Part shown: positions 12,184 through 21,050 of the stretch, piece after piece | Numbering within the stretch: position 1 is the first letter of the stretch | Layout: each line of letters opens with the position of its first letter | From: an uncultured delta proteobacterium | Lineage (GTDB): Bacteria > Myxococcota_A > Polyangia > Fen-1088 | Reading direction: 5' to 3' | NCBI GenBank assembly: GCA_963767925.1 | Contig: CAVYGB010000008.1 | Location: forward strand, 2,848,001-2,912,000 | Length of the DNA stretch: 64,000 nucleotides | Made by a program: the position numbers and the translations under genes | The notes under the pieces: model-generated | What the model saw: the letters and a program-made list of their open reading frames with translations, nothing else | Database searches by the model: none | Told to the model about the DNA's origin: nothing

Positions 12184-12644
12184 CGATGGTCAGCCCACGT
12201 CGCCAGGGTCGCGAGGTCGCCCTGCAGATCCTCTGCGCGGTGGATGCCAGCCCCGCGCCCGACGTGGCCGGGGCCCTCGATCTCTATTTCTCGCACCTGG
12301 CGGCGGGAGCCGAGGAGGAGGCGGACATGCCCGGCCTGGGCAAGGACGCCTTCGATCGGCCCTTCGTCGATGCCCTGGTGCGGGTGGCCCTGGAGAACCG
12401 GGAGGCGATCGACGCCGCCATCACCCAGGTCTCGCGGAGCTGGCGGCTCGATCGCATGGCCCGGGTGGACCGCAACATCCTCCGGCTCTCGGTGGCCGAG
12501 ATGCTCTACCTGCCCGAGATCCCGGGCCGGGTCAGCATCAACGAGGCGGTCGAGCTGGCCAAGCGCTTCGGGGCGGCCGAGAGCCCGGCCTTCGTCAACG
12601 GCCTGCTCGACTCGGCCATCAAGGCGCTGGACGTCCGCAAGTAG
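12180..12644 (+). CDS. nusB: Transcription antitermination factor NusB
   Basis: RRQGREVALQ, WRLDRMARVDRNILR, INEAVELAKRF, FVNGLLD; follows ribH. Confidence 0.95.
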   Translation: MTMVSPRRQGREVALQILCAVDASPAPDVAGALDLYFSHLAAGAEEEADMPGLGKDAFDRPFVDALVRVALENREAIDAAITQVSRSWRLDRMARVDRNILRLSVAEMLYLPEIPGRVSINEAVELAKRFGAAESPAFVNGLLDSAIKALDVRK

Positions 12645-12685
12645 CGGGGGGTCCAGCGCCTGGCCGGTGGCGGTCTCCCTGGCGG

Positions 12686-14230
12686 TCAGGGTGTCGGGAC
12701 GGTCACGAGCACGGTCGAGCCGCTGCGCCGTACCCGCAGGACCAGAGGGCCGGTGCGGGTGGCCTTGATCGCCTCCACCGCCTCGTCGGCGGTCTGCACC
12801 TGCTTGCGGTTGACCTCGAGGATCACGTCCTCGGCCCGGAGCCCGGCCTTCTCGGCGCGGCTGCCGGAAAGGACCTCGGTGATGAGGGCGCCCCGGGTCC
12901 CCTGCGGCAAGTTGAGGAAGCGGCCGATGTCGGGGGTGACGTCCTGCAGGTCGACGCCGATGGCGTCCTTCTGCGGCTCGGCGCTCCCGCCACCGCCGCC
13001 GCCACCGCCGCTGCGGCGGGCGACCCAATCCGGCTCGGTGGGGAACTCGGCCAGGGTGACCTGCATGGTCAGCGGGCGGCCGTCCCGGAAATAGGCCAGG
13101 GTGACCCGCGAGCCGATCGGCCTGGAGGTGACGTACTCCGAGATGTCGCCGGGGTTCTGCACCTTGCGGTCGTCGATGCGGGTGATGAGGTCGCCCGGCC
13201 GCAGTCCGGCCCGGGCGGCGGGGCCGTCGGGCGTGACCTGCGAGACGAGGACCGCCTCCTTGGTGCCGCCGGGGAGCCGGTCGGCGGTCCCCTCGGGCGC
13301 GCCGCGGAGATCCCCCATGACGATGCCGAGGTAGGCGTAGCGGATCTTGCCGTCCTTGATGAGCGCGTCGGCCACGGTGCGCGCCTGGTTGATGGGGATG
13401 GCGAAGCCGTAGGCGCCGCCGGGGCCGGTGTTGATCAGGGTGTTGATGCCGATGACCTCGCCCTCGAGGTTGACCAGCGGCCCGCCGGAGTTGCCGGGGT
13501 TGATCTTGGCGTCGGTCTGCACGTATTCGCGGACCTTGGTCGCCATCATGTTCGGCGTGCGCCCGCTGCCGAGCTTGCCCTTGCTGCTGACGATGCCGGC
13601 GGTCACGGTCTGGTCCATGCCGAGGGGGCTGCCCACCGCCAGCACCCACTCGCCGATCTCCACCTCGTCGGAGTTGCCGAGTCGGGCGGCGACGAGGCCG
13701 CCGGGGGGCTTCTCCAGCCGGACCACCGCCACGTCGGTCAGGCTGTCGCGGCCGACAACCTTGGCGGGCAGCTCGAGGCCGTCGGAGAAGATGACCGTCA
13801 CCTTCGAGGCGTTGTCCACCACGTGGCTGTTGGTCACGATGTTGCCCTGGGTGTCGAGCAGGAAGCCGGAGCCGGTGCCACGACCGGGACCGGGCTGGGG
13901 ACTGCCGTCGAAGTCGAAGAAGCGCTCGAAGAACTCGCGCAGGTCGGGCTCACCCCGCCCGGGCTCGCCGCGCCGCCCGCGGTTTGATGCAACGCGCGGA
14001 TTCTCCGCCTCGACGTCGAGGCGCACCACGCTGGGCCGGAGGGCCCGGGCGACGCCGGAAAACGCCTTCGACAGGGACCGCGCCTCGGGTGGAGCCTGCA
14101 TTTTCGGCGTGACGGCCGCCGGGGCGGCGTGGCCCGGGGAGTTAACCTGAGGGACGAGCCAGAGGGCGCCCGCCGCCAATCCGGCCGTGGCCATCGCTGT
14201 CATCCGCTTGGTTACCCGCATGCGCCTCAT
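12686..14230 (-). CDS. HtrA/DegP-like serine protease with two PDZ domains
   Basis: Signal peptide, GSGF, TNSHVV, QTDAKINPGNSGGPL, two PDZ repeats; AAGGAGG RBS before ATG 14230. Confidence 0.92.
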   Translation of the reverse strand: MRRMRVTKRMTAMATAGLAAGALWLVPQVNSPGHAAPAAVTPKMQAPPEARSLSKAFSGVARALRPSVVRLDVEAENPRVASNRGRRGEPGRGEPDLREFFERFFDFDGSPQPGPGRGTGSGFLLDTQGNIVTNSHVVDNASKVTVIFSDGLELPAKVVGRDSLTDVAVVRLEKPPGGLVAARLGNSDEVEIGEWVLAVGSPLGMDQTVTAGIVSSKGKLGSGRTPNMMATKVREYVQTDAKINPGNSGGPLVNLEGEVIGINTLINTGPGGAYGFAIPINQARTVADALIKDGKIRYAYLGIVMGDLRGAPEGTADRLPGGTKEAVLVSQVTPDGPAARAGLRPGDLITRIDDRKVQNPGDISEYVTSRPIGSRVTLAYFRDGRPLTMQVTLAEFPTEPDWVARRSGGGGGGGGSAEPQKDAIGVDLQDVTPDIGRFLNLPQGTRGALITEVLSGSRAEKAGLRAEDVILEVNRKQVQTADEAVEAIKATRTGPLVLRVRRSGSTVLVTVPTP

Positions 14231-14393
14231 GAAAGAATCCTCCTTGATTCTGATGCCCTGCACGTTTCCTGCCGAGAGTGTGCTCTTAACAATCGCGGAC
14301 CTGGCTGGTTTCTTCCGGAGGGCCTGACGGCCGCACTTGCCCTGCAATCGACTTTACAGATGCAGGCGCGCGCGGCAAAACGCTGCCAGCCGT

Positions 14394-14837
14394 ATGTACT
14401 GGCACCAGACCTCCATACCGTTGAGACGCCGCCCGCGCGGCTTTCATCTGGTGACCTCCGAGATCTTAACCGCATTGCCGGAGCTTCGCCGCCTGGAGGT
14501 GGGATTTCTGAGCCTGTTCCTCCAGCACACCTCGGCGTCGCTGGCCATCAACGAGAACGCCGACCCGGATGTGCGCAGCGACCTCGAGCGCTGGGCGAAC
14601 CACGCCGTGCCCGACGATGCGCCCTATTTCGAGCACACGGTCGAGGGGCCCGACGACATGCCCGGACACGTCAAAGCGGCCCTCTTCGGGGTGTCGCTGA
14701 TGATCCCGGTGGGAGGCGGGCAGCTCCAGCTCGGCACCTGGCAGGGCATCTACCTCGGCGAGCACCGCGATCACGCCACCTCCCGCACCGTCGTGGCGAC
14801 GGTGTGGGGACAGGCCGCCCCGGCGGGCGGGAAGTGA
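14394..14837 (+). CDS. yjbQ: YjbQ family (UPF0047) secondary thiamine-phosphate synthase
   Basis: HTSASL.INENADPDV..D, EGPDDMPGHVK, LGTWQGIYL.EHR. Confidence 0.92.
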   Translation: MYWHQTSIPLRRRPRGFHLVTSEILTALPELRRLEVGFLSLFLQHTSASLAINENADPDVRSDLERWANHAVPDDAPYFEHTVEGPDDMPGHVKAALFGVSLMIPVGGGQLQLGTWQGIYLGEHRDHATSRTVVATVWGQAAPAGGK

Positions 14838-14844
14838 CCGCGGC

Positions 14845-15030
14845 GGCGGCGGCGGGCGGGGGGCCGGGAGCGACCGCCGAGGCTGGCGCGGCGACGACGG
14901 GCGGAGGGCGTCGAGCCGCCGCGGAGGCCGTCGCGGCGACGACGGCGGGCGGTGGGCTGGGAGCGGCCGCGGAGGCCGGGGCGGCGGGCGGTGGGCTGGG
15001 AGCGGCCGCGGAGGCCGGGGCGGCGGCGCC
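14845..15030. repeat. GC-rich degenerate tandem repeat
   Basis: GGCGGGCGGTGGGCTGGGAGCGGCCGCGGAGGCCGGGGC occurs twice with 39-bp period from 14944, preceded by two degenerate copies. Confidence 0.7.
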
Positions 15031-15090
15031 GGGGTCGCAGAAGGCCGGGAGCGTCGGGGCCGGGGGACCGGGATCGGCTATCGTGCGCCG

Positions 15091-16152
15091 GTGCGCTTCG
15101 GCCCCTGGATTCCGATCGATCAGGCGTCCGCGGTGGCGCCGGAACGGCCCGGTGTCCTGCAGGCGCGCGGGGACGGGCTGCTCGATCTGCCGCTCGGAAA
15201 GAGCGCGATGGTGTTCTATGCCGCGTCGGGCGCGAGCGAGGCGCTACGAGACTTCCTGCGTGGTCCGGGGGCCGCGGCGCTGGCGGCGGCGGCCAGCGCC
15301 GGCGCGCGCTGGATCCGCTTCGCGGAGGTGGATCAGCCGGGCGATCGCCTGGCCCGCCTGCTCCGGCAGTTCTCCGAGCGCTTCGGCGCCGTCCCGCTCG
15401 CCAACCGCCAGGCCTACGGCGACAGCGATGGCTCCGGGGACAGCGCGGTCGATCCTCGGCTCGCGCCGGGAGCGCCGGCGATGAAGATCGGGGTCCTGGT
15501 CTCGGGCGGAGGCAGCAACCTGCAGGCGCTGATCGACGCGGGCGTCGCCGGGACGCTCGGGCCGGCCCGCATCGCCCTCGTGGGGAGCAACGTCCCCGGA
15601 TGCCTGGCGCTCACCCGGGCCGAGCGGGCCGGCGTGCCCACGTTTTCCCTCGACCACCGCAGCTTCCCGAACCGGGTGGCCTTCGACGAGGCGGTCGCCG
15701 CCCGCCTGGCGGAGGCCGGCGTCGAGCTGGTCGTGCTGGCCGGCTTCATGCGGATCCTCAGCGGGGAGTTCGTGCGGGCCCACGCCGGCCGCCTGATCAA
15801 CATCCACCCCGCCCTGCTGCCCGCCTTCCCCGGCCTGCATCCCCAGCGGCAGGCCCTGGACCAGGGGGTCAAGTTCTCGGGCTGCACCGTGCACTTCGTC
15901 GACGAGGGGACCGACAGCGGGCCGATCATCGCCCAGACCATCGTGCCGGTGCTCGAGGGCGACGACGAGAACACCCTGGGACAGCGGATCCTCGCCGAGG
16001 AGCACCGCCTGCTGCCGGCGGTGGTCCGCGCCATCGCCGAGGGGCGCACCAGCCTCGAGGGGCGCCGGGTGCGGATCGCGGGCGGACCGGCGAGCAGCGG
16101 TGGCCGCGACGCCGATGGCGGCTTCGCCATGATGCGTCTGCGAAGCCTCTGA
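15091..16152 (+). CDS. purN: Phosphoribosylglycinamide formyltransferase PurN (domain from 15481) with in-frame 130-aa N-terminal extension
   Basis: VLVSGGGSNLQA, LAGFMRIL, NIHPALLPAFPG, GCTVHFVDEGTDSGPII, EH; no stop between GTG 15091 and ATG 15481. Confidence 0.9.
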   Translation: MRFGPWIPIDQASAVAPERPGVLQARGDGLLDLPLGKSAMVFYAASGASEALRDFLRGPGAAALAAAASAGARWIRFAEVDQPGDRLARLLRQFSERFGAVPLANRQAYGDSDGSGDSAVDPRLAPGAPAMKIGVLVSGGGSNLQALIDAGVAGTLGPARIALVGSNVPGCLALTRAERAGVPTFSLDHRSFPNRVAFDEAVAARLAEAGVELVVLAGFMRILSGEFVRAHAGRLINIHPALLPAFPGLHPQRQALDQGVKFSGCTVHFVDEGTDSGPIIAQTIVPVLEGDDENTLGQRILAEEHRLLPAVVRAIAEGRTSLEGRRVRIAGGPASSGGRDADGGFAMMRLRSL

Positions 16153-16191
16153 GGAGGGTGCGCCCGGGCCCCCGGGTGCTAGGCTAGGCCC

Positions 16192-16725
16192 ATGTCCCAG
16201 TCGCTTGCCGCCCGCTGGCAGACGTGGCGGGAACGCAGAAAAAAGGCCGCGGAGGCACGCCTCCGGCCGCCGCTGCGGGCCCGCTTCCGGACCTGGTTCG
16301 AGCGCAAGAAGGCCGCCGTGGCCCAGGCCGTCGACAAGCCCCGGGACGCGGAGGGGATCGCCGACCGCGCCGCCGAGAAGGTCGTCCGGGAGGGCAAGAT
16401 CCGCAAGACCTGGTCGGACATCCAGCTCCTGGTCCGCCTGGTGCGCGCCTGGGCCCGGGGCGATTACCGGGACGTCTCCCGCGGCACCATCGCCCTCGTC
16501 ATCGGCGCCCTCGCCTACTTCGTCGCCCCCCTCGACGCCATCTTCGACCACCTCCCGCTGGGCGGGTACATCGACGACGCCGCCGTCATCGCCTGGGTGG
16601 TCAGCGAGATCCGCGCCGAGCTCGAGGCCTTCAAAGCCTGGGAAGCCAAGCGCCTCCTCCCCGCCCCCCCCACCACCCCACCCCCGCTGGAGAGCCCCCC
16701 CAGCTCCACCCAGCCCGTGACCTAG
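16192..16725 (+). CDS. DUF1232/YkvA family membrane protein
   Basis: ALAYFVAPLDAIFD.LP.GGYIDDA motif. Confidence 0.85.
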   Translation: MSQSLAARWQTWRERRKKAAEARLRPPLRARFRTWFERKKAAVAQAVDKPRDAEGIADRAAEKVVREGKIRKTWSDIQLLVRLVRAWARGDYRDVSRGTIALVIGALAYFVAPLDAIFDHLPLGGYIDDAAVIAWVVSEIRAELEAFKAWEAKRLLPAPPTTPPPLESPPSSTQPVT

Positions 16726-16848
16726 GCGCCTCCGACCGCTCCGACCCGCGGACGCCGGCGGTCGAGCCGTTCGTAGCGCGCGGTCGCCGCGCGCCCCCCT
16801 CACGCCGCTGCTGACCTCCGCCCCGGCAAGCATTAGGATCACCCCGCC

Positions 16849-16933
16849 GCCGGGGTGGCGAAATGGTAAACGCGGCGGACTTAAAATCCGCTCTCGCGAA
16901 AGCGTGTTACGGGTTCGAGTCCCGTCCCCGGTA
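16849..16933 (+). tRNA. tRNA-Leu (anticodon UAA)
   Basis: Acceptor GCCGGGG/CCCCGGT+A, D-arm GGCGAAATGGTAAACGC, anticodon arm GCGGA-CTTAAAA-TCCGC, long variable arm, T-arm ACGGG-TTCGAGT-CCCGT; CCA not encoded. Confidence 0.96.
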
Positions 16934-17059
16934 CTGCGAGATCCTTGCCGGATCCGGGGGCGCATCGGCGGCGGTGCGTGCTGCTGCCGCGCCACGTGGG
17001 CCTCAAGTGGGGCCTCTTGCGCGCTGCTCGCTCCGTCCCTGACGCGAGCTCCGGTCGGC

Positions 17060-17180
17060 GGCTGGGGAACGCTGTACCTCGAGAGCCCCATGGGCACGGC
17101 CATCAGCTACACGCTCAACGACTGGGAGGCGACTCCACACGCTTTCGGGACAACTCTCGCTTCCCGGACAGTTGCGTCCA
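17060..17180 (+). mobile_element. IS66-family transposase remnant (frameshifted fragment)
   Basis: SPMGTAISYTLNDWEA then, in another frame, TRFRDNSRFPD; resembles IS66 TnpC SPLGKAI.YTLNQW..LTRFLDDGR. Confidence 0.55.
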
Positions 17181-17755
17181 TCCGGAGAGGAGATCAGGGC
17201 CTCAGAACACCTCCGACGGCCGCGAACTACCGCCAGCCCCCGCCCGGCAAAGGTTGACCCGTTCCGCACGCCTCATTCCACTGCCGAGGTAGATGATGGA
17301 TGGCAGGAAATCCCATACCGCCGCTTTGCCGAACTCAGCTCCATGCCGAAACAGGCAAGTCGGTGAGAATCCCGCGAAGCTTCCGGCGTTGTTCTTGCGG
17401 CGGTGTCGGCGCCAGATGAATGAGCAACGACAGGAAAAATTCTGGCTTCTGTGCCCTTCTGCGATCGTCTTTGCGACGTCTATTCCCACAACCCGACGTC
17501 CTCGTCGAGGTTGCCCGCCCGTGCGACAGCCGCCCTCTCGAAGGACCGACACCCGCCTGGCGCTGAGGTACACGCCGGCATGATCAAGCGCGATCTTCCG
17601 AAGTTGCGCATCCCAGGCAAACCCGCCGGTCGCTACCAGCCTGCTGCGATGAGGAGTTCAGGAGACAAAAGGACAGCAAAGACGGCAACCTCCCTTTGTA
17701 ATATTACGAAATAGAGAACAGGGAAGAGCCGCGGGCCACCGAGATCGAGAAGCAA

Positions 17756-18166
17756 GTGCGAGCGAAACTGGCTCCTGACCACCTCAAAGCACTTGGCCTC
17801 GAAAGTGTTTCTCTGGACGAGATCGACTGCGAGCTAGCTCGTGCCGAGGCAATTGTATCTTGGTCCCAAGAAGACGCGGTTGCCGTCAGCATATCATTGA
17901 CCGCGAATGCGACAGATCCACTCTACTATCTCCAGGTGAAGGACGGCCGGCTTGCCCATGGGACGTGGCGTGTCCCTGCTAAACCTGGAGAGCTTCTCGA
18001 TCCGCACTCGAGAAGCCGTACAGTCCGAGTCAGACTTCGTGATGGTCGCTTCTTCGTAGAGCAGATTCTGCTTTTCAGTGAAGACGACATTCATCCCGAC
18101 GACTACAAGATCGCGAGGAACGCGGATCCGGCTGCGGCTCGCTCGGTGAGCTTGCCTTCGAATTAG
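17756..18166 (+). CDS. Hypothetical protein in low-GC patch, possibly the 3' part of a disrupted gene
   Basis: 136-aa ORF with non-host codon usage; frame stays open upstream to a TAA at 17699. Confidence 0.45.
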   Translation: MRAKLAPDHLKALGLESVSLDEIDCELARAEAIVSWSQEDAVAVSISLTANATDPLYYLQVKDGRLAHGTWRVPAKPGELLDPHSRSRTVRVRLRDGRFFVEQILLFSEDDIHPDDYKIARNADPAAARSVSLPSN

Positions 18167-18297
18167 CGGCGCTGGCATCGTCCCTTCTCGTCGCCGTCGC
18201 GCAGGAGGAGGCACATCGGCGGTGTGCGCGCCGATTTCTGGCGCCGAGCGAGAAGCCCGGGGACGTTCGCCACGACGGGCGCGGGCCGGGCTGAGGA

Positions 18298-18621
18298 TCA
18301 GTTCAGTTCTTCGTCGCGGGGGGTGCGCTCGGGGGCGGCTGCGGGATCGGGGGCGGTGGTCTCGGAGCTGGGCGCGGCGGCGGTGGCGGCGCCGTCGGGG
18401 CGGGCGCGGCTCAACGACTGGGCGCCGAGGGTGGCGATGGCCTGCGAGACGGTGGCGCTGAGGTCGGCCAGCGCTTCGGGATGGAGGGCCATCGTGATCG
18501 GGCCCACCGTGAGGTAGAGGTCGCCGCAGCCGCAGCGGTCGAGGCGGGTGACAGTTCCGGAGGCGATCACCTCTCGCACGAGGGTCACCTGGTCGCTGTC
18601 CCGGTTCGTGTTGCGCTTCAT
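18298..18621 (-). CDS. Small hypothetical protein with RCGCG motif
   Basis: GGAGG RBS, host-like codon usage, Fur-type box and TTGACA about 190 bp upstream. Confidence 0.75.
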   Translation of the reverse strand: MKRNTNRDSDQVTLVREVIASGTVTRLDRCGCGDLYLTVGPITMALHPEALADLSATVSQAIATLGAQSLSRARPDGAATAAAPSSETTAPDPAAAPERTPRDEELN

Positions 18622-18802
18622 GGAGCCTCCCTGGAGATCGGGGCGCGGCCGGGGCTGTGCTTCGGTCGCCGCGCTACGTGGCCATACACCCCAGGGCGGC
18701 GGCTCGAGGATCCAGGATGGTTCGGAGGACTGGAATCCCCGGGCCGCCGCCTTTCCCTACACCCGGGCGGCATCCCCTGACCGCCGCCCGCCACAGGAGA
18801 AA

Positions 18803-18833
18803 GATGATTATGATTTCCACTATCATCTGTCAA
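18803..18833 (-). promoter_or_regulatory. -35 hexamer plus Fur-type box
   Basis: Minus strand TTGACA-GA-TGATAGTGGAAATCATAATCA. Confidence 0.8.
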
Positions 18834-18900
18834 CGAAGAAGAGCGGGGCCCGGGCCTTCAGGCCCCTAAAACGCCGCGGCGGCGGCGGATTTGCCTCAGC

Positions 18901-19395
18901 TCACTTGCGGCGGCGGCAGGGGCCACACAGCCCGAACAGCTCGTGGCGGTGGCGGCGGAGCACGAAGCCGTGTTCGGTGGCGATCTTGTCCTGGAGCTTC
19001 TCGATGGGCTCGCTGAAGAACTCGACGATGGCGCCACAGCGCTCACACACGAGGTGGTCGTGGTGATCGCGCCCGAGGGCCACTTCGTACACGGTCGAGC
19101 CGGAGCCGAAGTTGCGGGCGTCGGCCAGGCCGGCCTGCTCGAGCAGCTTCATCGTCCGGTACACGGTCGCCATGCCCACGGCGGGGTTCTTGGTCCGCAC
19201 CTTCTGCAAGAGGTTCTCGAGCCCGGTGTGCTCGCGGGTGGTCAGGAAGGTGTCGACCACCAGATCCCGGATCTTCGAGGAGTGCAGGCCGTTCTCCTTC
19301 TCGAAGGCGCGCAGCGAATCTTTCCAGCCCTCGACGGTGGTGCCGCGCTCGCGTTCGCTGGCGGCGCCCTTGGACCTGACCGAAGCCCTTGCCAT
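18901..19395 (-). CDS. fur: Fur family transcriptional regulator (paralog 1)
   Basis: ATVYRTMKLL, HHDHLVCERCG, HELFGLCGPC. Confidence 0.92.
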   Translation of the reverse strand: MARASVRSKGAASERERGTTVEGWKDSLRAFEKENGLHSSKIRDLVVDTFLTTREHTGLENLLQKVRTKNPAVGMATVYRTMKLLEQAGLADARNFGSGSTVYEVALGRDHHDHLVCERCGAIVEFFSEPIEKLQDKIATEHGFVLRRHRHELFGLCGPCRRRK

Positions 19396-19643
19396 GGCGG
19401 GTGTTTTAGCAGGAATCACCCGACCGCGACACTTCGCTTCCGTGCCGTCACGGGCGCGTCGCTGATCAGGGCCCCTCCCGCGGGCGCCGACCGCCGCCGG
19501 CGGCACCTCCGCAGGCCGGGGTGTGCGGTGAGCCTGGTATTCGCCGCGGGCGCGTGTCGCCGGAGCGCGCTCGCTCCCCTGGGTGGCACGGGCCTGCACG
19601 CGCCAGCGGGGACCGGGGCGGGACCGGGGAGCGCGCTTTTCAG

Positions 19644-19672
19644 TTGACTAGTGATTGTGAAACTCATATTCA
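19644..19672 (+). promoter_or_regulatory. -35 hexamer plus Fur-type box
   Basis: TTGACT-AG-TGATTGTGAAACTCATATTCA. Confidence 0.78.
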
Positions 19673-19955
19673 TATTTGTACTTGTCTTCGATGAAACCCA
19701 GAACCGGCTCGCCGGGGGTGTGGGGGTTGGACGTTCTCCGCTCGTCCGACTCCGCTCCTTCGGCGCTTCTCCGGAACATCGGCCAGGCGCCCGCGGTCAT
19801 GCGCGGGCTGCAGGCTGGTGAGGCCGGGGCGGACACCGGGTCGAGGGATCCCGGAAGGATGGGCGGGAGAGTGGGCGTGGCGGGGGACGCGAGGGGAAGC
19901 CGCAAGGTGAGCGCGTTCTCCGCCACAGCCCCGGTAGGGGCGAAAGGCAACCACG

Positions 19956-20219
19956 ATGCCCCACGATGAAGCCGTCAAGGAAGCGAGCAAGGCGCCTGGC
20001 AAGGGCGTCGGGCCGGGCGATGCCCCGCGCAGCGACGCCGTGACGACCGGCGAGGTCCGCTGCGGATGTGGCTCGCTGCTGGCGCGGGTGTCCGCGGCCG
20101 GGGTGGAGCTGAAGTGCCGGCGCTGCCGCCGCTTCATGCTCGTGAGCCTGGGTGCCGACGGCCGCTATGTGGCGCGGGGCAATCTGCTCCAGACCATCAC
20201 CGGCCCCACCGACGACTGA
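19956..20219 (+). CDS. Small Cys4 zinc-ribbon-like protein (Com-like spacing)
   Basis: EVRCGCGSLLARV...VELKCRRCRR; downstream of a Fur-box promoter. Confidence 0.72.
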   Translation: MPHDEAVKEASKAPGKGVGPGDAPRSDAVTTGEVRCGCGSLLARVSAAGVELKCRRCRRFMLVSLGADGRYVARGNLLQTITGPTDD

Positions 20220-20367
20220 GCCGCGCCGGGGCGACGCCTCGGCCGGAGCATCGCTCACCGACCACAGCAACGGCGTCCGGCGCGAGGTCATGTGTCGCCG
20301 TACGCTCCCTGTCCCATCCCCTGACCGTACCCCCCCGTACAGGGAAACGCCTCCGAAGGGTCAGAGC

Positions 20368-20859
20368 TCAGTTGGCGAAGTCCGCCGGATCGCCGGGGCG
20401 GGGGCTGCTGTTGCGGGCGCGGCAGGCGGAGCAGATGCCGTAGAGCTCGTGGCGGTGGGTGCGCAGCTCGAAGCCGAGCTCCTCGGCGATCTGCTGCTGC
20501 ATCTGCTCGATGGCTTCGCTCTGCCACTCCTCGATGGAGCCGCAGACGGTGCAGATGAGGTGGTCGTGGTGGGCGCGCTCCCGTACGGCTTCGAAGCGGG
20601 TGGGCGCGCCGTCGAAGGCGTGGCGCTCGACGAGCCCCGCTTCTTCCAGGAGCTTGAGGGTGCGGTGGACGGTGGCGAGGCCGATGCGGGGGGCCCGCTT
20701 GCGGGCCAGGGCCACGATCTCCTCGAGGGTGAGGTGGGTCTCGGTGCCGAGGAAGACCTCTGCCACCGCCCGCCGGGAGGTGGTCTCCTTGAGCTGGTTG
20801 CGGTAGCAGAAGCGCTCCCACTCCTCGAGGCGTTGTCGCAGGGCCGCTGGACGTTTCAT
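20368..20859 (-). CDS. fur: Fur family transcriptional regulator (paralog 2)
   Basis: IGLATVHRTLKLL, HHDHLICTVCG, HELYGICSAC. Confidence 0.92.
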   Translation of the reverse strand: MKRPAALRQRLEEWERFCYRNQLKETTSRRAVAEVFLGTETHLTLEEIVALARKRAPRIGLATVHRTLKLLEEAGLVERHAFDGAPTRFEAVRERAHHDHLICTVCGSIEEWQSEAIEQMQQQIAEELGFELRTHRHELYGICSACRARNSSPRPGDPADFAN

Positions 20860-20886
20860 CGCTTGTGGAGGCGGGCGCGCCTCAAT

Positions 20887-20943
20887 TGAAAAACAATGTC
20901 ACTTTCATCATCAGATCTGCACCGGGCCGAGGAGAGATGTCAA
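20887..20943 (-). promoter_or_regulatory. Fur-type box and -35 upstream of fur paralog 2
   Basis: Minus strand TGAAAGTGACATTGTTTTTCA (20887-20907); TTGACA at 20938-20943. Confidence 0.7.
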
Positions 20944-20996
20944 GGCCTGCGACGGGCTGGGGTTGCGCGCGATCGCGGGATTCGCCTGCTGACCGG

Positions 20997-21036
20997 CGGG
21001 GACGGGGACGGGGACGCGGACGGGGACGCGTCGGAC
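20997..21036. repeat. Short GGGGAC-type hexamer tandem repeat
   Basis: cgggacggggacggggacgcggacggggacgcg, intergenic after the HTTM gene. Confidence 0.6.
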
Positions 21037-21050
21037 GAGGGGGGAGATGG

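Noticed and set aside
14845..15030. Possible CRISPR array
   Set aside because: Repeats are contiguous without unique spacers, and there are no cas genes in the window
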